DNA of 37,221 bases from Veleropilina oligotropha (lineage: Eukaryota), in the NCBI GenBank assembly GCA_048128005.1, contig JBEUKZ010000083.1, forward strand, positions 124,001-161,221, written 5' to 3'. The position numbers and the translations under genes are program-made. Of this stretch, positions 34,926-37,221 are shown one piece after another; position 1 is the first letter of the stretch, and every line of letters begins with the position of its first letter. The notes beneath the pieces are model-generated. The model saw nothing but the letters and a program-made list of their open reading frames with translations. It was not told the origin of the DNA and searched no databases.

Positions 34926-36499
34926 TTATTCTGAATACAAATCAAGTTGAGATTGGACATGCATTTTTTTTATATATTCTGTGATCAATGTTCCGATCAT
35001 CGCGAATTTCGCACAATTCGACAAGTTCCTTTAAATGACATTTTATGTAAATGACTACATCTTTTGGAATTTTATCTGTACCGTCTGTTTATCTAGCGCT
35101 GTCATACACTCCTATAACGAACATATTTATGAGTTACCTTTGTCTGCAGTCAACATCAAAGTATCACCGTCTTTGTCTCTGCATTGACCTGCCTGTCATT
35201 ACGTGCAATCAATCGAGCTGCTTCAGAAAACATGCATGAAAGAAATTGTTCGTCAAAATAATGATGTCGTGAAGAACACTGTTAAAAGCATCAAAGGCAG
35301 CTTATACAATAATTATGCAAGAAACAACAAATCGTTTATAGGGTATACAAAGTAACGAGACCACACATACCTAATGAAAATTCACGACGAAGGAGAAATG
35401 ATATTTCATTTTTTGGATGAAACGTTAGTAACGACCATCATCAGAATTGTGTAAAGACAGTTTGGTTGCAAAAGCTCGAAATTAGACTCACAATAAAGAT
35501 AGAACGTGCTCATGTCATGAATACGAAAAGCGGTTTTATTCCATTATTGAGCCTAGGCTTATATTTACATACTTCAATTAAAATCGATGAATTTAGGCCA
35601 CTTTAGGTAAGTTATCATTTGAAACAACACGTACATTGCAGAACACTTTTCAAATGACAAAAGAAAAGCATATTTCCCAGTTTTGAAGCAAGCAAAGCAA
35701 CATTAAAAATGAAACCCATTGAACGAATGAGATAAATGCTGTTTCCTAAAACAATATTATTTAAAAAAGAAAATTCTATAATATTATATCCCATCACAAC
35801 GCAGATACTCACAATTAATATTGTTTAGAAGTCAATTTCATTTCTCGACCAATGAGAAAGCGGCAATTCTTGTCACGTTTTGCAGAAGACGACACTGCGT
35901 AAGGTCTATAGTTTGCGATACCTTACCAATTAATAAGAATAGGGGTGACATGTATAGCATTTCATAGACGACGAGGAATATATTTGGTATATATTGATGT
36001 ACCACTGAGGTTTTGTAAATTGCAATGTAAATCTTTACGCTCCGTGAAATGGAAGCCCACTGATTACCTCCCGTAGTATTAACGATGGTGTGTTTATTTA
36101 TCACAGTGAACAAATCGATTTATCTGTATCCCTTGAATAACTTTAGCGAATAGGGATATAATACTGTCATAATCGAATTACATCTATAGCTAACTTTATT
36201 TCTGGATCGTAACGATCCATTGATATACATGATGGCGGTATTTTTGTTAGCAGTATTAGCATGCTTATCGATGACCCAAATGGGGAGTGAAGGTACGTGT
36301 ATTTACTTTATGATACCTATATGTTCTTGACCTTTTCATATTCACTGCTATTTGGTATGGGTAATATCCCGTTTTTAACAGTTTTCATGTTCATATCAGG
36401 ATAAGTACATAATTATTATTACGTAAGGGAAGCCCGGTCACTTTGAAAACCGACTCTCAATGGTCAGTTACACACAACTGCGACTATAAAGTGAATAAA

Positions 36500-36577
36500 A
36501 TGCCCAGTCGAGGACTCGAACCCACACATATTAGACTGTGAAGTGAGAGCCCGTGTTCCGAACCACTCGATTAGCGG
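36500..36577 (-). mobile_element. tRNA-derived SINE head
   Basis: Reverse B-box GGACTCGAACCC and A-box-like CGAGTGGTT. No complete cloverleaf. Confidence 0.5.
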
Positions 36578-37221
36578 TGTGTCGCATTCACTAATAAATA
36601 ACCACACTTATTTTAATTAGGATTCGCGTCTTGGAATTTGAATTGATGGTTTCGTTACCCCGCTAGTTTCATAATGGCTTGTCTCTTGCATAAGCAAGAT
36701 TTTTTTATCTCTTTCCGTTGGAACCCCAACCCAAAACGGACGCATTTGATAGAATAATGATTAACTCAAAGGCCTGGAAAAGTGATCCCTGGTCGAAGAT
36801 CTTGACCAGACGTTAGGGACTTGGCCTGTGATGTCTGGTGGTGTTAATTGCCAGAACAGCAAAAACACACTACGTAATTGGATTTCTCTTGTTTCATTCA
36901 TATATTTTGTTAACCAATCATATTACTACATGTCGCTGTGTGCTGGTCGGCTTCCAAGTCAGAAATGAGCTGACCACTGACTGGCGCCTTTTATAATGGT
37001 AGCCCGGCCTTTAACTGAATATATAAGATTTCAGAATTAAATTTTTCACAGAGTACATTCATGGTTAATGAAAGCAAGAGTATCTGCATAGCGATTTTAA
37101 TTAGCGTAAACTTTTCGGCTGACATCATCTCTGACACATAAATCACGAACTCATAGCCAATATCTTGCTCATACATACCATGAGTTTGATATATGATCAG
37201 GGTGGCAGTGTATCATCTGTT

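Overview
AT-rich, repeat-dominated eukaryotic genomic DNA. It is inferred to be from a marine invertebrate, probably a lophotrochozoan, from the spliceosomal introns, tRNA-SINEs, C-type lectin/PAN exons and the Academ/Crypton/pogo/RTE/CR1 content. The core is a nested stack of transposons. An outer Academ element (10665-29000, TAG...CTA ends, TAT target duplication, inserted in a SINE) contains: a second Academ (10698-14653, CTG duplication); a near-intact pogo/Passer-type DD35D element (15703-18821, TA duplication) that carries a separate HIRAN-like ORF just upstream of its transposase; a Crypton tyrosine-recombinase element (about 21066-22814) with a 67-bp terminal hairpin; an RTE LINE; and several SINEs and MITEs. 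The flanks hold a spliced Harbinger-type Myb/SANT pseudogene and scattered, mostly degenerate C-type lectin and PAN/apple exons. The two most interesting signals are (1) the two-gene HIRAN + pogo transposase element and (2) Crypton-type elements whose internal sequence is complementary to the joined ends of the element, a DIRS-ICR/attC-like design suggesting a folded single-stranded substrate. All family assignments come from motif recognition by eye; no database search was run.
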